DNA from: Trypanosoma brucei
Lineage: Eukaryota
NCBI GenBank assembly: GCA_000002445.1
Contig: CM000207.1
Span: forward strand, 1,312,001-1,376,000
Direction: 5' to 3'
DNA length: 64,000 nucleotides
Translations under genes and position numbers: made by a program
Part shown: positions 1 to 11,568 of the stretch, piece after piece
Position numbering within the stretch: the first letter of the stretch is position 1
Layout: every line of letters starts with the position of its first letter
Notes under the pieces: generated by a model
The model's database searches: none
What the model was told of the DNA's origin: nothing
Seen by the model: only the letters and a program-made list of their open reading frames with translations

Positions 1-1216
1 TGGTGGCAACCTTTGGCCGTGGCATCCATACGTGACGAGTTACGGTGCGACCAAGTACACTTTCAAGTAGGCACATGGCTCTATACATCTTCCATGTTGC
101 CTGTATTTTGGTTGCACACTTACCCTTCGACCAATGTTCCATACACTTTACAAGATAATCCGACCGCCGTCGTAGCTGGATAATCCATGGGTGATCGTAG
201 TCATACACGACGCAAAGAATTCCGAGGCACCGGCGAACCAACAACAAGGCGCGGTTGTACAAGTGCAAGTCCTCGTATATCTGGGCGAGCTCAACCAGGG
301 CCGGTATGAGGAGCTCCGACTGCCTACGGTGTCCTATTTCCACCACCTCTATACATCGAAGCAGCAGCAACTCACATGGAGATGCCTTGAGTTCACGTGT
401 CATTTGACTGCGCAGTACAAAGTCATCTTCTGTGGTGTAATTCGGTTTTGTCACCTTCGGGCGAGGAATTTTAACCACACTCACTGTGGGGCCAACTCGC
501 CGCCGCGGCTGCTTTGGAACGATGGACTTGAGAACCTCCTGATTCAAGCTAAATATACTAGAATCGGATAAAACGCTACTCGTAAACGAAGTATCGGAAC
601 ACACACTGCTATTTGACGATGTAGGGGGCTGTGCCTGATTGTTCGCAAATGTAAATCCTATGGTGTTTCGTTCCTGCTCGTACCATATCCTCGCCATACC
701 CACCATAGCTAACACATAGCGCTTCAGAACCATGTACATTTCCTTCTCACCTCGTGCCACGCGCGTCTCAGCGATCTGTATGGCGCGTGCGTATACTGTT
801 TTGGCGCTCTCTACATCTCCAAGTGAAGCAAAAACGTCACCCTCCTTCTGGTACACTAATACCGCAAGATGATCGAAGCGATGGGCCGGTACCTGCTCAA
901 GAAGTGGGTAACAGCTGTGAAGAAGCTGAAGTTTAACTGTTCCTCTCACGTCCACCAGCCGTTCGGCCTCCTTGACAGCATTCAGAACCTGCAATGTCGC
1001 CTCATCTGCTTCATCCACTACATGAAATTCCTCGTCACCTCGGGCGACCTCCTCCTTATGGGTTTTATTCGGCTTCTTCACAGCGGTATTTCGACTGATG
1101 ATGGAACTTCTGCTCGACACCTCTCTGGTGTGGCCATTCACAAGAAGTTTAGCCCGTGTATTACTTTTAGCCAAAGCACTGATGGCGGCATTGTCTGACG
1201 ACGCTCCAGCCCCCAT
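1..1216 (-). CDS. Hypothetical protein, N-terminal part only (~405 codons; the ORF continues past the window start). N-terminus is MGAGASS, a consensus N-myristoylation signal. The remainder shows helical repeat-like and low-complexity segments and an IQ-like KIQATWKMYRAM stretch.
   Basis: I translated the minus strand by hand. ATG at 1216-1214 is preceded directly by an in-frame TAA (rc of tta at 1217-1219). I checked every codon in register p=2 mod 3 from 1216 down to position 2 and found no stop. It is missing from the ORF track because it has no stop inside the window. Protein begins MGAGASSDNAAISALAKSNTRAKLLVNGHTREV... Confidence 0.5.
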   Translation of the reverse strand, partial: MGAGASSDNAAISALAKSNTRAKLLVNGHTREVSSRSSIISRNTAVKKPNKTHKEEVARGDEEFHVVDEADEATLQVLNAVKEAERLVDVRGTVKLQLLHSCYPLLEQVPAHRFDHLAVLVYQKEGDVFASLGDVESAKTVYARAIQIAETRVARGEKEMYMVLKRYVLAMVGMARIWYEQERNTIGFTFANNQAQPPTSSNSSVCSDTSFTSSVLSDSSIFSLNQEVLKSIVPKQPRRRVGPTVSVVKIPRPKVTKPNYTTEDDFVLRSQMTRELKASPCELLLLRCIEVVEIGHRRQSELLIPALVELAQIYEDLHLYNRALLLVRRCLGILCVVYDYDHPWIIQLRRRSDYLVKCMEHWSKGKCATKIQATWKMYRAMCLLESVLGRTVTRHVWMPRPKVAT

Positions 1217-2063
1217 TTACCCCTGATCGAATCTCTTGTTTCTTCTACAAGAATGAGAGTCCTTCACCGGTACCGCCCGCCACTACTCTAATTGTTTGTG
1301 CTACGCACGGACCTAAGAAACCTCCGCAACAATGTAACAATATATGAAAATTTCAGGACCTCACTGCAATTCTTCTCCTTCTACCCAGTTGATTCTTCCC
1401 CACCCCCCTTTTAACTTCCCCTTTGTTTCGACTTCTTGAAGTGTTACTTTCGTCTGCTTGATGTTTTATGTATTTAGAAGTAATGAGGCACCACCACTGA
1501 AGCACCCGGTAATGGAAGGCAACGGAGATGCAACCTCTAATTTTGTTGTCTGCTCCCACCAAACCACGCTTGCAAACAGACAAAAATCAATTGCACACGG
1601 AAAAAAAACAGCGATAATAAGCGCAGTCGTGCAGAACGTTTGTTGATATAGGCAAAAGGCATTGTTCAATTATTGATACGGTCATGAACAATGCGGTCTG
1701 AATGAATGAAATGAAGTGTTTCACATGCATATATACGGAGAGAGGACAACAACAAGGTCCCGTTACGAAATATAACTAAACCCAAAGCTGTAAGAAAATA
1801 TCAGAGCAACACGTAACACAAACAGTGGTGTTCGTGACCAGAATGACCCGAGACTAGAGGAGGAAGTGAGACCAGCGAATACCATAACGTATGAATAGAG
1901 GAGTGTCTTGGCGAAGCGCCTAAAAAAATTTACTTTTTCAATGATAAAACGCAGAAAACAGGTGGTCTGATCCCATCCATTTACACTGGTCAAGCAAGCG
2001 AGAAGAGCCAATTTACTTGTCAGGGGTTCGCTGAACTCGGGTGCTGACAGACACACTGACACA

Positions 2064-2065
<2 letters not shown>

Positions 2066-2101
<36 letters not shown>
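2066..2101. repeat. (CA)n dinucleotide microsatellite, ~18 units
   Basis: acacacacacacacacacacacacacacacacacaca read directly. Confidence 0.95.
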
Positions 2102-2105
<4 letters not shown>

Positions 2106-2495
2106 TCGAAGGCACTTTCCAAAATCCATTAAAAATCCATTTTGGTACGAAAGCCAGTAGCAGAACTGTTAACCATATATAAAATCAGTCCTCTCCTTCG
2201 CTCCTTCCCTTCCTCCTTGCTACAGCTTTCTGCATCTTATCCTTCACTTTACCTAAACAATCACCTAACATGGTACGCAGTTTGATTGCTCTCCCGTTAC
2301 TTCTCTCGCAAAAGCCAAGGGCTGTGATGAACAGGGCGAAGCGCAAAAAAAAAAAAGAAAAAAAAAGAAGCCAAATGAGTAGAGGGCATCGTCGTTAGCA
2401 TGCACGCATGTATGGGCACGCTATAGAGACGGATGCTGTGTGCAACAACCCCATCATCTCCTTACTTCATTCAGCGCGTGAGTAAATAAATATGA

Positions 2496-2972
2496 TCAAC
2501 AATCCAGGTAATCCGACGCCATCAGCAGCCCCAAAACGATATCCTGATCACTGGATGAAGTGGGGTTTAGCTCACCCAGAAGCGCAAATTCGTCGGTAGA
2601 ATTTACATCTGACGTACTGCGCTGGACTAAATAGCGACAAACCAGCTCCAGTATGCGGCCACTAAGCACTTCAAGAGGAATACATGGCATTGTGCCTATG
2701 TTATTGCTGGCGTGTACAGTTGTATGTTGCTCACCCCGCGCATTTGTCGGTTCCGCAAAACCACCACGCTCTGGGAGTGAATAAACAGCATCTAGCAGCA
2801 TGGCCAGCATTTTGCTTTGGCGCGCTGCAACCTCAGGAAGAACGAACTCCATACCGTCATTAGACTTCAAGCAAACGTACGGCAAGGGTCTTGTGGGGGT
2901 ACGAACCGCAGAACTTTTTGGTGCATCTCCTGCACGCACTGTCTGGGGCAGCAATACCCAATTGCGTTGCAT
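2496..2972 (-). CDS. Elongin C-like protein (SKP1/BTB-POZ fold)
   Basis: It aligns by eye along its whole length with Elongin C: YVCLKSNDGMEFVLPEVAARQSKMLAMLL matches [30 protein letters not shown], and the C-terminal DIVLGLLMASDYLDC-stop matches IALELLMAANFLDC-stop. The track start at 2984 is GTG (rc of cac). The first ATG is at 2972-2970 (MQRNWVLL...). Confidence 0.7.
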   Translation of the reverse strand: MQRNWVLLPQTVRAGDAPKSSAVRTPTRPLPYVCLKSNDGMEFVLPEVAARQSKMLAMLLDAVYSLPERGGFAEPTNARGEQHTTVHASNNIGTMPCIPLEVLSGRILELVCRYLVQRSTSDVNSTDEFALLGELNPTSSSDQDIVLGLLMASDYLDC

Positions 2973-3476
2973 TGTGCTCTTCACCTTCGTCCTATTCTGC
3001 TTTTCTGTAGTTTACAAGCGTCAGCAGCCCCTTCCCACCCCCGTAAGTGCGTGACGGTGGCTGCTTAAACTCTTCTTTTTTTTTTTTCCTCCCCACCCTG
3101 CTTACTTTTCTTAATATTATTGTGTCCTTGCTCTCCTTTGGTGAATTTTAATCTCCCCTCGAAGGACGTCACGTTCTTACAGGGAAAGAAGAAAATAAAA
3201 GGAAAAAAGAAATGATAATGACCTCCTCTTGTCACCGTTCACTTTGGAGGAAGTCACAACAGCGAAAATGGAAAAAGGAAAAATAAGTAAAAATCAATGC
3301 TACGATCTTGTTTGTTGTTGCCTCTCACTTAACGCAGACAATAACATCTTTTCCTGTTTTTTTTTTCTGAGGGGGCTAATGTTTCCCAGGTACTTCGAAA
3401 GGTGAAAACCCGGGCAGCAACTAACGACATATGCACGCACACAAAAGAAAAAAATGTAAAATTTAACCGACCATTT

Positions 3477-3500
3477 ATATATATATATATATATATATAT
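3477..3500. repeat. (TA)12 microsatellite
   Basis: tatatatatatatatatatatata read directly. A C8A11 homopolymer pair lies nearby at 3608-3631. Confidence 0.95.
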
Positions 3501-3873
3501 TCTTTTTTTTTCTTCTCGACCCTTCCTGCACACCGTTTGAGTCTCCCCTACCTCACGTAGCAAGTTGCCTGGATATATCCGACAGAAAGGATTATACCCA
3601 CCATTATACACCCCCCCCCAAAAAAAAAAACTGAGTGGTCACGAAAAACAAAAAAAAAGGAGGAAACATTAACTACTGTGGGTTATCGGAGGTTTCCCCT
3701 CCCTCCCTTCCTCGTACACACAAACAAACGTAAACAAAGACGTAAACGAAAATACATAAACATGTAAACCAACACACTGTCCACCTTCGTCGCGCGCTCT
3801 TGCTTAACTTTTTTTTTTTCACCTCTCTCAAACCCCAATGCACTAAACGAACTGATGCCACTTAAGGTCCCCA

Positions 3874-4311
3874 TCATTTTCCCACGGAATTATTATTACG
3901 CGGGATGTAAATGTCAGGGTCACGAAAAACTGTTGGGTTAAGCACATCGACACCGCCTTCCACCTTTAAGCGCTCTCTGACCTTCGTCACGGCCTCTAAA
4001 AGTGGTGGATGCCCAAAAGCTTCATCATATTGTTTCAACCAGTTCCGGAACTGCTGCTCATGCCTTAGCGTTGCCATGGTTTCACGAAATACCCATGTGC
4101 TCTGTTTGTGACGTGTAACGCACTCACGCATGTCAATTAGGCGGCTGCGACAGTCGTAAAGGACGTCGAGTTCCTGGCTCTCACGAATGCAAGTCATCAG
4201 CCGCTGCCAAAACCGTTGGCAATTGTTTTCGTTCAGGTAACTTGCAGAAATATTGGTGATGTCCGACGAAAACGTGTCGTCGGGCACTTCACGGGCACCG
4301 AACATTGACAT
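3874..4311 (-). CDS. Twin Cx9C (CHCH-domain) protein, likely mitochondrial intermembrane-space
   Basis: Two C-x9-C motifs: CQRFWQRLMTC and CRSRLIDMREC. ATG confirmed at 4311-4309 (MSMFGAREVP). Confidence 0.55.
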   Translation of the reverse strand: MSMFGAREVPDDTFSSDITNISASYLNENNCQRFWQRLMTCIRESQELDVLYDCRSRLIDMRECVTRHKQSTWVFRETMATLRHEQQFRNWLKQYDEAFGHPPLLEAVTKVRERLKVEGGVDVLNPTVFRDPDIYIPRNNNSVGK

Positions 4312-5218
4312 TGTTCCTTACACCCCTCTCAATTTGTATCGTCTGTGCGTAGTGGAAACAAATAAAAAGGAAACTAAGAACCTGAATGTGTGTTCCCTCT
4401 CTTCTCCTTCGTTGTTCCTTTAAAACTATAATCAACTTGTCAGGTCAACCCAACTAGTTGGATGAGGACAAGGCAGACAGCAATTAAAAAAAAAAAAATA
4501 GGGGAAAATAGTCGTTTCGATTTAACATTATTATTATTATTTTATTTTATTTTGTAACAGAGGATGTAGCACTTGAAAAAAAAAAAAGACAGAAGCACAT
4601 AAAGACAACAGAAAAGGGAGTTGCATTCATTCACCATTAGGAAATGACTAGGAGGGGAGTGGCACAAATCGGTGGGTAGCTTTAGGGATTGTACATGCAG
4701 CAAACGTGACAACATATCAAATGCTCAAAGTCTTCAGGGGGAGTCATATTTTAGAACAGGTGTTGGAATCGTTCGCGCAAAGACTCCCAACACTTCTCCT
4801 CTCCTCCCCCCCCCCTCTCTCTCTCTTCATAACACACAGTATGAGATAGCCTTAGCAAGGAAAAAAAAAAACGCTCAACTGTATCCCCTACAAAGCGGGC
4901 TATCAATATCAATAAACAATTTTTTTGTTATAAAAAGGAAAGTGAGATCAGAGGGCGTGACAACAGAAATGGATGAAAAGAGAACAAAAGCAAGTCGCGG
5001 ATCACATACAAAAAAAAAAAAGAGAAATATAGTAATAAAAACAACAATTATGTATATATTTATATTTATTTATGTGCAGGTGTGTCGATAATGGCTTTCC
5101 CGCGAAACACACATACATTAGCGTACAGAGACATACACACGGTCTTTCTCGACTATTTTGATTGCTGACATACACAAATTATCCGTAACAAAAATCTGTT
5201 TTTCAACCTCTATTGTCC

Positions 5219-6976
5219 TTAGCAACGCCTTGACTGACCCCTGATAATTGACTGGTACTGGGCTAACTTACGCTGGTTTCCGCGAACACTCGGCTGAAGA
5301 GGAACAACATTTTGCCTGCGCTCCTCTCCCCGTGTGTCGCCATCACGCGCCCGAGACTGTGGGGATTCCGCCAAACGCCGCTGGGAGGAGGTCTCATGCG
5401 GTGGATGTGGGAGGTGTACATTACGTCTACTTCTGTTATTTCCACCCATCCGTCCATGACCCCCTGCAACCGCCTCCGGTGGCGTGAGAATACCGCTTTC
5501 GGTCAACGACAGAGAGCTACCCTCTTCCCGCTCATTACGACGACTTCTCAATGCTCTTATGGCGTGCCTGGCATTCCCGGACGCTGGCATAATCGGTTGC
5601 AGGAAGGTTGAGCGGGATTGAGGATTCGCGGAGTCGTTGGTAAGGGATAGGGATCCTGACCTGACGGTGGGACGCGTCACAGCCACAATTTCTGGGACTC
5701 GCGTTGGCAACCCCTCCTCAGCTACGTAGTGTGCTATACGGGTAGAAGTACTCGACACAGGTGGTGATACGGATCTGTTGAGTGCAACTGGTGGCGGTAA
5801 GAAAGTTGTCCCCGCCATCGGTGTATAACGGTTTCCCCGTCGCAGCTGGTCGCTTCGTTCGCTGCTTTCGTTCGCTACCTCAACTGGGCAATCCCTTGAG
5901 TTTCGATTCGTAACATCTGCACTAACAGGAGACAAACTATGAGAGGAAGGGTCAACAGCTTCATGGGTAATGCTCACATTTGACGTCGATGGAGAGAGTG
6001 TTTCGCAGCGCCGCCGTCCGCCATCTACAGTTCGATTAGGGCTGCTAACTGTCCGCGAAGTTTCAGTCCCGGTGCCATCACCCCCGCCTCCACTAATTAC
6101 CTGTGCTACGCCGACAGCTGCCCCAGAGGAAGATAACTGCATTTGCTGTGTCTGTTCTTCCTCTTCTCGCCCAAGTTGCTGAGGGCGCTCCTGGTGGCGC
6201 TGCATCGTGCAGTCGACTGGAACACCAACACTTTGGGTGATTTGTTGGTGCCGACGCGGTGTGGCGCTCGGCAAACGCTCATTTCGCTCCTCTGCAACTC
6301 CAGAAAGCGAGTGCGAAGGGCATAGTGTCCAGTCACCTTTCGTTTCACCAACTTCCCCATCAACCAATCTAGATTCCCACCAGGTTGGCTGTGCCGCGTC
6401 CTTGTACTGCTGCTCCACATCTTGTAGCGTGAACCGACAGTTTGGGCACGTCCTCGTACGCTCCAACCAGTGCTGCATGCACGTCACATCAAAGACGTGA
6501 CCACAGGGCAGGCAGTACACTTCAGACTGCAGCGGAAATGATTCCTGGCAGATGGAGCAAACAGTCTGACCAGATGTTTCCAGACGGTCTAACGTATCGC
6601 GGTCAAGCGTAACACGTCTCAGTTTCTCAACAGCCTCCTGGTCCAGCGGAGCGGCCACACGACGCTGCTGTTCACTGATTAGCAACTGCAAAGCGAGTGC
6701 TTGGAGAAGCAATGGACCCAACTCTGTTATGAGCGGATCTTGAGACGCGGGTGGCATCTGCTCCGTCGCGACGGCCGAAAGCGGGGTGCTTCCAGCCTCC
6801 GCTTCAACTTGGCCAAAAACCAGTGTCACTTGCTCCCTGTTTTCCGCTCCCTCTTGTTGAACCTGAAGGACGATTGGCTGCACCCCCTGGTCACGACGCA
6901 ACATATGAGCCCGCACCAACTGCAGCATCATGTCGTACTCCTCCCGAAGTTCCAATCCTCGCCCATTTCCAATCAT
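5219..6976 (-). CDS. RING-H2 zinc-finger protein (putative E3 ubiquitin ligase), 585 aa, with a long S/P/R-rich low-complexity C-terminal half
   Basis: C3H2C3 RING: CSICQESFPLQSEVYCLPCGHVFDVTCMQHWLERTRTCPNCR. ATG confirmed at 6976-6974 (MIGNGRG). Confidence 0.7.
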   Translation of the reverse strand: MIGNGRGLELREEYDMMLQLVRAHMLRRDQGVQPIVLQVQQEGAENREQVTLVFGQVEAEAGSTPLSAVATEQMPPASQDPLITELGPLLLQALALQLLISEQQRRVAAPLDQEAVEKLRRVTLDRDTLDRLETSGQTVCSICQESFPLQSEVYCLPCGHVFDVTCMQHWLERTRTCPNCRFTLQDVEQQYKDAAQPTWWESRLVDGEVGETKGDWTLCPSHSLSGVAEERNERLPSATPRRHQQITQSVGVPVDCTMQRHQERPQQLGREEEEQTQQMQLSSSGAAVGVAQVISGGGGDGTGTETSRTVSSPNRTVDGGRRRCETLSPSTSNVSITHEAVDPSSHSLSPVSADVTNRNSRDCPVEVANESSERSDQLRRGNRYTPMAGTTFLPPPVALNRSVSPPVSSTSTRIAHYVAEEGLPTRVPEIVAVTRPTVRSGSLSLTNDSANPQSRSTFLQPIMPASGNARHAIRALRSRRNEREEGSSLSLTESGILTPPEAVAGGHGRMGGNNRSRRNVHLPHPPHETSSQRRLAESPQSRARDGDTRGEERRQNVVPLQPSVRGNQRKLAQYQSIIRGQSRRC

Positions 6977-7561
6977 CGTATCTTAAGACGAAGCCAAATG
7001 ACGCAACCAGAAAACCCAAGCAAACGAGGACAGAAAAAAAAAACAAGAAAAAAAGGAGGGGATCAACTACTACTATTTAAATCTACCCACCTATTAGAAG
7101 TTATATAACGCTCTGTTATTCCTATCTTCCGCTTCTTACGCTTGAAGAGGAACGGGACCACCAACACGGGGACACTCCCTCGAGCTCTACGCACTCCTTT
7201 ACGCTCCCCCCCCTCCCCAATGGGAGTTGAATACTTGCTGGGGATTTACCAGCGAAGCTTGCGCTGGCAGCTTTGTTCTCCCCGAGAACCTACAGTTTCC
7301 TACTTTTTATTTGAGTGTTGTTAGCCCCTCAGTATCTGTGCTGATAGTTCTACAAACCTACGAGGCTAAGGAAAGAAAAAAGTAAAAAATAAAAATAAAA
7401 TAAGCGTATATGGGTCTCATGAGGTAAAGTGGAGCGAGATGAGCTGCGGACCGCGGTGGCGATCAATTTGCTGCGCACCAAAGTCTAACAGCAGTGCAAG
7501 GGGAGCAAAGTAAGCACACGTAAGCTATGTACGAGCACCAGTGTACGCGTATATCGTTATT

Positions 7562-7591
7562 GGGAATGGGAATGGGAATGGGAATGGGAAG
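7562..7591. repeat. (GGGAAT)n hexanucleotide repeat, ~5 units
   Basis: gggaatgggaatgggaatgggaatgggaag read directly; intergenic. Confidence 0.9.
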
Positions 7592-8627
7592 GACCATGGG
7601 ATAACAAACCCATCACAAGCATTCATACACACACATACTGACGCGAACACGAACACATACCACATACACATACACAAACACACGTCAGACCTTTTGTTTC
7701 GAAGCATTATTTCCCCTCAACACGTCCGTCCTCGCAGTACGCGGAGCAAACAAAAAAAAACTTACTGTCTTAAGTCGAACCAACGCCCTCGCCTCTGTAA
7801 GCGTGTGAGAGTTGCAAAGGAACCCCGATTCCTTCTCCCCCCTGCTTTCATTTTTTTTTCCCCCCCGTCCCCTTCGTCACCCTATCCTTCAGATGAAGAT
7901 CAATGGGATCTGGAATAGGCGGCCCCACGGCACCCAGCGGAAAACGTAAGAGAGTTTTGCCATATCGGTTAGGTACAGAGAGAAAAAGTAACAACGGAAA
8001 AACAATTGGTTACTTAGAAGTGTGTATATGTGTATGTGTGTATATGTTTCCGCATCTATGACAGTGCATAAAGGGGAATGCATGACAGAACACCACCACC
8101 CACCACATAAACGCGTCGCTTCCCTTCCCCATCACTCTGTGAAGAAATAATACCCACACAACAAACTCGCCCACGAGCTGCGACCAGAAGTCTACCCGGG
8201 GTCAGCAAGATGTACGCGTGCATGCGTACCAAATGAGAGTTTGTTTTCGCCCACGAGCACGGAATAGTCCCCTTACTACCAAATGTGGAAAAGGATTAAC
8301 CTCTCCGTCAGACCGCTGCAAAGAGGTTATTCCCTTTTCCCTCAACTCCATTCTGAAATCGTTACACCGACTGGTGCAGAGACAGAAGGTTGGACAACGG
8401 ACGCACACTAACAAATGCACACAAACACGCTCACCTCACGCGATACAACCAGGTATTCTTAATACGAAACCTGAGGGAACTCAAAGGGCCTCCTCTCCCT
8501 CCCACCACTTGAGTTCCTCAAACCTCTGCACTCCACAAATTCGCCCATTTCGGTTTGCTTTGCCATACTCGTCATTTATTTACACACACCTGCATACAGA
8601 CCAAAAACGCACGCGGACATATGCTCC

Positions 8628-10010
8628 CTAGGCGGCAAACCAAGATTTGTACCGACCCTTCAGCTCCTGCAATTGCGGATCCGTAAGTTCCAGCGGTTTC
8701 TCGTCCTTTGCAAAGTCAGCAATCAAATTCTTCTGCTTCTCTGTTAATGATTTCGGAAGCAGGACCGCAAAATGAATAAAGAAATCGCCCGTTTTATTCT
8801 GATTTGGCCGATGCACACCCCGACCCCGGAGCACCAGCTTATCGCCTTGCTGAGTACCCACCGGTACCTTTGTTTCCACTTCACCCGTTAGCGTTGGTAC
8901 CCGCACGGCACCGCCAAGAACTGCAGTCGCAAGAGTAATAGGCGTTATTACGTGAATGTCACATCCCTCACGATGAAATACTGGGTGCTCGTCAACACTT
9001 ATCTCCACGTACAGGTTTCCTGGTGGACCGTTTCGAACGCCTGCCTCACCCTTGCCGCTGACCTTCAGCCGTTCCTTGTTGTCAACGCCCTTTGGAACAG
9101 GTAAGGTTTGGACACTACGATCCTTGACAATTCCCTTCCCGCTGCAGTGAGTACAAGAAGACCTGCCAGTTTCGCCCGTTCCGCCACAGTGCGTACAGTC
9201 TTGCTGCATGTGAAAGAAACCTGTGCTCATTACTTTCTTCCCACGCCCACCGCAGTGCACACACTTTGCTTTAGATCCCGAGTCTTGGAAACCACTCCCC
9301 GTACAAGAGCCACAGCGACGGAAGGTGTTGAAGGATATCTCCTTGCTGCACCCATTCACAGCTTCGAGGAAAGAGAGTCGGAGTTTGAAGTGAATGTCCG
9401 CACCTGGCTCCGGACCCTGCGGCTTACGAGTTTTGTCCTTTCCCGCACCACTCATCTTTTGAAAGATCTCCTCGAAGTCATTAAATGAAAACCCTTGCCC
9501 ACCGGCAGCACCCGCAAACGGATTGGCACCCGCCCCAAAAGGATTTTCACCGCCTGCCTGAGCAAAGGGGTTAAAACCCGGACCAGCACCAAATTTATCT
9601 GCAGCACCGGAGTTTCCAGTCATGTCATACATGCTGCGCTTCTGTGGGTCAGACAAGACATCAAATGCCTGCTTCACATCAGCAAAATCCTCTGCAGCAC
9701 GAGGACTGGGATTAACATCAGGGTGGAGTTGCTTCGCCTTCTTTTTGTAGGCCGACTTGATTTCTTCTTGTGTGGCGTTCCGCGCGACACCAAGCACACT
9801 GTACAAGTCTTTTTTCGCATTTGTAGCTGAAAAGCGTCGTGACACTCCCAGTCCTGCTGATACCACAGCAGTGCAAATTATACTCCCCGAAGCACAAACT
9901 GTGTTAGGACGAACTCCAGGGGCGGTAAAGTGTCTACTGGGCACAAGAGAAAATGTAGACGGTATTGCACGCCTGACGTACTGCTGGAACAAAGGACTCC
10001 GTTGCCTCAT
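8628..10010 (-). CDS. Type I DnaJ/Hsp40 chaperone, mitochondrial-type (Mdj1-like)
   Basis: J-domain with HPD (YKKKAKQLHPDVNP), G/F-rich linker, and four CxxCxGxG zinc-finger repeats (CGSCTGSG, CVHCGGRG, CTHCGGTG, CTHCSGKG). The N-terminus MRQRSPLFQQYVRRAIPSTFSLVPSRHF is R-rich and presequence-like. ATG confirmed at 10010-10008. Confidence 0.85.
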   Translation of the reverse strand: MRQRSPLFQQYVRRAIPSTFSLVPSRHFTAPGVRPNTVCASGSIICTAVVSAGLGVSRRFSATNAKKDLYSVLGVARNATQEEIKSAYKKKAKQLHPDVNPSPRAAEDFADVKQAFDVLSDPQKRSMYDMTGNSGAADKFGAGPGFNPFAQAGGENPFGAGANPFAGAAGGQGFSFNDFEEIFQKMSGAGKDKTRKPQGPEPGADIHFKLRLSFLEAVNGCSKEISFNTFRRCGSCTGSGFQDSGSKAKCVHCGGRGKKVMSTGFFHMQQDCTHCGGTGETGRSSCTHCSGKGIVKDRSVQTLPVPKGVDNKERLKVSGKGEAGVRNGPPGNLYVEISVDEHPVFHREGCDIHVITPITLATAVLGGAVRVPTLTGEVETKVPVGTQQGDKLVLRGRGVHRPNQNKTGDFFIHFAVLLPKSLTEKQKNLIADFAKDEKPLELTDPQLQELKGRYKSWFAA

Positions 10011-10496
10011 ATTTCGTCAACCGCCAGATTTTCTGCGTCAACGAAAGCAAGGACTATTGCTCGCCCTCTCTCAGCACCCCCTCCCCTTTACTTCAAATAC
10101 TCGTGTGTATATGCCTTCTTTTTCCGCTCCTTATTATTGTTAGTCTAAACTTCAAAAATAAAATAATACACCCCTCCACTTTACTCGTTACTTCGCTACG
10201 CGGGTCCTCAACCACTAAAATACGTCTCCTCACCCATGAAAAGAATGGCGATGCAACAAGCGCACAGAAAAGAAAATAAAGAAATGGCAAAAACAATTCC
10301 GTATACTCGAACAAGATGATCACATCCATAAAAAGTCACCGAAGCAGAAACTGAGACGCACAAAACAGGTGTGCAACGCTTCACTCTGCTATAATTTTTT
10401 TTTGTTACTTTGGCGTAATAACCTTTAAAAAAACATAAAGACACAAACATTAAACAACAAATGTGGTTTCCGGGGCTGCGCTCGTCCTAAAACTGT

Positions 10497-11138
10497 TTAG
10501 GCCATGATGTTGTATGGGGTGATCTTACCCTTTGGTGTGATCAGCTTCACGTGGAGGCCGCGTTGTTGCAACTTCCCTGCGTCACGTAACTCCTCGTACT
10601 CATTTCGGAGGATGTTTGTGAAGCCCCAATATTTCGATATCACAATGATTTGCCTACCAGGGAACTTCATCTTAGCACGGCGAAGAGACTCCAGTGCCTG
10701 TGGGACGTATGTGTCCTTTGTCCTCATAGACAAGAGGATCTGACCAATCCGCACGCGGGCGCAGGTCCCATTCGGTTTGCCGTACGACTGCCGCATGCCC
10801 GTCTGCAGACGATCGGCGCCAGCACACGAAAGCATTTTGTTGATGCGAAGTACGTGGAACGGATGGGCGCGGATACGCATGTGGAAACATTCCTTGTTGG
10901 CACGCTTCACCATATACTTGTTAGCCTGAATACGGGCAGCTTCCAATGCCTCAGATGAGATTTGCTCTAGTTCACGGGACACAACATGGACACACACGGG
11001 GAACTCATCCACTGGCGCACGGCGCTTACCAATGTCGAAGGTGCGAATCCTCGGGTCCGGTACACCACGACAGAAGCGTGACTTAGGATACGGTTTGTTC
11101 TTGCAGAAGCGGTAGCAACGTGCGGGACGGCGAGCCAT
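10497..11138 (-). CDS. RPL10: 60S ribosomal protein L10 (uL16, QM homolog)
   Basis: [29 protein letters not shown]...[22 protein letters not shown] is the highly conserved L10/QM sequence. ATG confirmed at 11138-11136. Confidence 0.9.
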   Translation of the reverse strand: MARRPARCYRFCKNKPYPKSRFCRGVPDPRIRTFDIGKRRAPVDEFPVCVHVVSRELEQISSEALEAARIQANKYMVKRANKECFHMRIRAHPFHVLRINKMLSCAGADRLQTGMRQSYGKPNGTCARVRIGQILLSMRTKDTYVPQALESLRRAKMKFPGRQIIVISKYWGFTNILRNEYEELRDAGKLQQRGLHVKLITPKGKITPYNIMA

Positions 11139-11568
11139 GACGAATCTTTTGGCCGATCAAACCACTGCAGAAACAAGAAGTATAAGAAAGTACAGACAAA
11201 GGAAAAAAAGGAAAGATGTGAGGAAAAAGTTATGTTAACATCACAATGGATGGAGGTAGGTGCGTCCTTTTCAAAGTGAAACATGTGCAAACTCAACGAA
11301 AATATTCCCTGGTACATGGAGGAGAAAGGGTGGGAGAAAGGGAAACACGCACAAAAATAACTGAATCGTGTTGCACCGATGTGCATAATTAATAAGATGC
11401 ACAATATGAAGAAATAATAGGTAGAAACAAGTTGAGGCTTCTACTTATGTTGCCCCTTGATCACATAGTAAAAAAAAGGGTCTTCCTTCTTTTATAAGAG
11501 GGGAAGCAAATCAGACGCGCGGTGGAAAGAAAAGATGGGAAAGGTCCCGACGAAAAACAGTATAAATA

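Noticed and set aside
1763-2122. 119-aa minus-strand ORF containing CVCVCVCVCV
   Set aside because: The repetitive peptide is a translation of the (CA)18 microsatellite, with no other coding features. It sits in the intergenic region between the partial first gene and the Elongin C-like gene.
7562-7591. (GGGAAT)n repeat considered as a possible interstitial telomere-like repeat
   Set aside because: The kinetoplastid telomeric hexamer is TTAGGG/CCCTAA. Neither GGGAAT nor its complement ATTCCC is a cyclic permutation of it. It is a simple intergenic microsatellite.
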